DNA of 64,000 nt from the NCBI GenBank assembly GCA_977017575.1, contig CDRNVI010000156.1, forward strand, positions 310,001 to 374,000. Reading direction: 5' to 3'. Positions 60,589-64,000 of this stretch are shown piece after piece. The notes under the pieces are model-generated. The model saw nothing but the letters and a program-made list of their open reading frames with translations. It ran no database searches and was not told where the DNA came from. Made by a program: the position numbers and the translations under genes. Origin of the DNA: Paramoeba atlantica (lineage: Eukaryota; Protista; Discosea). Each line of letters opens with the position of its first letter. Positions within the stretch are counted from its first letter, which is position 1.

Positions 60589-61809
60589 CTATTGAGCCAA
60601 ACTTCCAATCTCTTCGACTTTGACTTGTTGAGATTCCTGTGCATTTAAAATTTTGCCATCGAGATCTGGGTAATCAACATAACCTTCCCTTCCCTGGGTA
60701 AAGAAAGTACCGGGGTGATAATCATTCAGAGGAGCTTCTTGTCGAATTCTTTGCACCAAGTCAGGGTTCGAGATATACAATCTCCCAAAGGCAATCGCAT
60801 CATAAATTCCATCTTGAATCGCCTTTTCTGCAGTCTCTGGCTGAAACGAACTAGAACCAATAATAACACCAGAGTAAACCTCTTTTGCCCATGTATGACG
60901 GAGTGGAAGAGAATAAGACGCATCCTCTTTGGCTTGTTTGGGAACACCGATCCATCGAGGCTCAGAAAGAAGGAGATATGCCAAGTTGAATTGATCGAGC
61001 CAAGTAACCACATCCCGATACATTTTTTCTGGATTTGAATCGCGACATCCATAATAGACGATAGAGTCGGTGTAAGTTGGTGAAATTCGAATGCCAACCC
61101 GCTTGCTACTTCCCATCACCTCAATCACTGTTTTCAAAATCATTCCCAACAAACGAGTTCGATTTTCAAGGGATTGTGTTCCAAACTCATCATCTCGCTG
61201 GTTGACACTATCACAAAGAAATTGATCCAATAAATAACCGTGTGCTGAGTGAATTTCCACGAAATCAAAATTCGCCCGTTTTGCTCTTTCCGCCGCTTCT
61301 TTGTAATCATTCACCACCCTTTCCATTTCGTCAATCCTCAACGCTCGAGGAGGATTCTCTTCATATTGAACTGTTTTGTATTCCATATTGCGACAATGTC
61401 CCCCTGCAGCAACAGACGAAGAACTTACTGGTCCTAAAGGTCGGTCCAAACTCTGAAGAAAGGGATGTTTTGACCAGGGAAAGGTACACATTCTTCCAGT
61501 ATGCCAGAGTTGCATGCTTATTTTGCCACCTTTTTCGTGCACACTTGAAACAATCTCTTCCCATTTCGCCTCCTGTTTGTCTGTGAAGATCCCCGGAGAA
61601 GTCTGATAAGGAGTTTCAGGGGAGATAGGAACCGCTTCGGTGATCAATAAACCTCCTTTGGTTGCTCGTTGGGTGTAGTACTCCTTCACCAAATCAGTAG
61701 GAGTAAAATCCTCGAAAGTTCCTCGCACGCGAGTTAAAGGAGCCATGGCAACCCGATGGGAGAGCCCTAAACTCTCCAACGGACTCAAAAGCTTTTCGTA
61801 ACGACTCAT
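60589..61809 (-). CDS. Old Yellow Enzyme / NemA-type ene-reductase, intronless
   Basis: HRVAMAPLTRVR; EYYTQRA; QLWHTGR; EIHSAHGYLLDQF; AIAFGRLYISNPDL. Confidence 0.93.
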   Translation of the reverse strand: MSRYEKLLSPLESLGLSHRVAMAPLTRVRGTFEDFTPTDLVKEYYTQRATKGGLLITEAVPISPETPYQTSPGIFTDKQEAKWEEIVSSVHEKGGKISMQLWHTGRMCTFPWSKHPFLQSLDRPLGPVSSSSVAAGGHCRNMEYKTVQYEENPPRALRIDEMERVVNDYKEAAERAKRANFDFVEIHSAHGYLLDQFLCDSVNQRDDEFGTQSLENRTRLLGMILKTVIEVMGSSKRVGIRISPTYTDSIVYYGCRDSNPEKMYRDVVTWLDQFNLAYLLLSEPRWIGVPKQAKEDASYSLPLRHTWAKEVYSGVIIGSSSFQPETAEKAIQDGIYDAIAFGRLYISNPDLVQRIRQEAPLNDYHPGTFFTQGREGYVDYPDLDGKILNAQESQQVKVEEIGSLAQ

Positions 61810-62520
61810 GGTTTTTAAACTAACACTTTTTGTATTCAAAAGAAAAAAGGAATTCAGCAAAGTGACCTCTACAACCTTCAAAACAAGAAACGCGAAGTTT
61901 CTTTCAAAATTTCAGTGACAACACCACAAAAACGAAAAGGCAAGGGCGAAATCCAGGGAAATTCCGAGAAAAGGATTTCATGGCAAACATCGGAACTTTT
62001 CCAGCCGCGTTGAAAAAGAAAAGAAAGAGAAAAAAAGAGACCCAAAAAAAAAGCCAAAAATTCTAATTTTTTTTGAAACAAAAATATACTAAAAAAGGAT
62101 AAAGAAAGTTTGTTTCTTTTTTATCGCACTTTTTCTTTTTTACGCCCTTTTTTTTTGGGTTGTGGCTTGGGTTTCCCAAGATGGAAGTGGCTCTGATCTT
62201 TTGAATGATCACTCTGATGAGTTCTTCTTTTCATTTCTTGTTCTTCTCTCCGATCGAACTCAATTCCTTTTTTTTTTTCCATCAGTCTGAGGCTCTTGGT
62301 TTTGCTCGCGCTGGTTTTTTCTCTTTCTTTCCCTTCTTCTCTTTCCCTTTGTTCCTTTGTTGCTTTATCCAATTCTTAAATCTGATTTTTAGGTTTCTCC
62401 CCTGACCAACAAACATCAACAAAAAGAAAGGAAAAACAATGGCGTCCACTAATAAAAATGGACACCATAATGCAATTTTGTGTTTCCCCTTTTTGTCTGT
62501 TACGACAATCATTTTGGGAG

Positions 62521-62790
62521 ATGGGGATTCTTGCCTCGAAGAAAAAGACAAACCCAGAACCAACAGTGGAGGATTGGCCAGATGGAAAATGTAAAATTGT
62601 CATGGTTGGGGATGGTGCTGTTGGTTCTTTGTTTCTTTTTTTGAAATTTTGAATGATTTTCAAAATTAATCTTTTGAGCAAAGGAAAAACTTGTCTTGGA
62701 ATTCGTTGTCTCACTGGAGAGTTCCCTGTTCTTTACATTCCCACTGTTTGTGGTTGGTATCTTCTTTTTGAGATCCTTTCGAATCAATGG
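62521..62790 (+). pseudogene. 5' fragment (exons 1-2) of the myristoylated Rac
   Basis: Copy of 59438-59700 that breaks off in intron 2. Confidence 0.8.
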
Positions 62791-62940
62791 CACTTTTCTT
62801 TTTTACGCAAAACGAAATGAGTGGCAGAGGTCAACATTTTCCCATTTTTCAATGAATTTCCTTCAAATTCAAAAAAGCACCTGCTACAGGCCCAGGCTAG
62901 GTTTTCTCCTTTTTGTCTGTTGCGACAATCATTTTGGGAG

Positions 62941-63784
62941 ATGGGGATTCTTGCCTCGAAGAAAAAAACAAACCCAGAACCAACAGTGGAGGATTGGGCA
63001 GATGGAAAATGTAAAATTGTCATGGTTGGGGATGGTGCTGTTGGTTGTTTGTTTCTCTTTTTGAAATTTGAATGATTTTCAAAATTAATCTTTTGAACAA
63101 AGGAAAAACTTGTCTTGGAATTCGTTGTCTCACTGGAGAGTTTCCTGTTCTTTATATTCCCACTGTTTGTGGTTGGTACCTTCTTTTTTGAGAATCTTTC
63201 GAATCAATTGGCTGAGATATTATTTCAAACAGATAATTACCAAGTTGATGATCGAGATTATGGACCGTTTTCAGTTTGGGATACCGCTTCGAATGAAGAG
63301 TATTTTCAGTGAAGATTAAATTCTCTTTAATTTTCTTTTCTTCCTTTGATTGTTCTCACAGATTACGCGGATTGTCTTATATTCAGGCGAACTGTTTTTT
63401 GCTTTGTTTTTCTGTTGTTTCTCCCACATCACTCGATAACATCAAAGCCAGGTGGCTGCCTGAGGTGAGAAATTTTCACATTTCTTGTTTCACTTGAATT
63501 CGTTAAAAAAAACCTCTCAGGTTCAACATCATCGCCCAGAGGGGAGACTTCTTCTGGTTGGAACTAAATCTGATCTCCGAGAGGATCAGGACACCCTTGA
63601 GTATTTGAGAAAGCAAGGAAACACCCCTATTTCAAACAAAGACGCCCAAGTTTTTGCTGACACACTTAATCTCCCTTTCTTGGAATGGTCTTCTTTGACT
63701 GGTGAAGGGGTGGAACAAATTTTTCGTGCTGCAACAGATGCCTCACCAATCATTCGATTGGGACCAAAACGTGCACTCTCTTGA
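62941..63784 (+). CDS. Atypical myristoylated Rac-like GTPase (copy 3) with DTASNE switch II
   Basis: Near-identical to copy 1. The donor of intron 3 is shifted but stays in frame; ends GPKRALS*. Confidence 0.8.
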
Positions 63785-64000
63785 ATTTGTCTTTTGGTTC
63801 ACATACAAACCCTCTCTTTCGTCTTTTATTTTGGCCAAAATTTCCAAGACTCAAGAACAAAAAAACTCAACGAAAATTGGAATGAAAGAAATCTTTTCTG
63901 GCTTTCTGATGCAAGAAAAACAATGGCGTCCACTAATAATAATGGACACCATAATACTTTTTTGTTCTTTGCGTTTTCAGAAAAATCGCCTCTTCGTCAA

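Overview
AT-rich, intron-dense eukaryotic genomic DNA, most likely from an amoebozoan. This is inferred from a near-perfect Dictyostelium RacC-like GTPase and an LRR-GBD/FH3-RasGEF architecture. About 25 spliced genes could be reconstructed by hand. Several are ordinary housekeeping genes (uL3m, Elongin B, AMACR, ERD2, WTAP, PQ-loop transporter, DHHC, acid phosphatase). There are also many local duplications (C2 plus permuted-papain pair, SPRY-like array, Rab/PAK, N-myristoylated Rac). The standout region is 32.7-39.7 kb. A triacylglycerol-lipase gene appears to have carried a tRNA-Ser(CGA) inside an intron. That tRNA is split by a 6.1-kb block bounded by an exact 38-bp direct repeat of tRNA sequence. 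The block holds a decayed RAG1/Transib-like transposase and two extra copies of the lipase 5' exons. Nested within it is a 1.46-kb element that duplicates the tRNA 5' end and encodes an intron-containing phage/giant-virus-type HNH endonuclease next to an 88-bp nested palindrome. All gene models and family calls are manual, with no database searches. Several +1 frameshifts in homopolymers suggest sequencing errors, and tandem structures could partly reflect mis-assembly.
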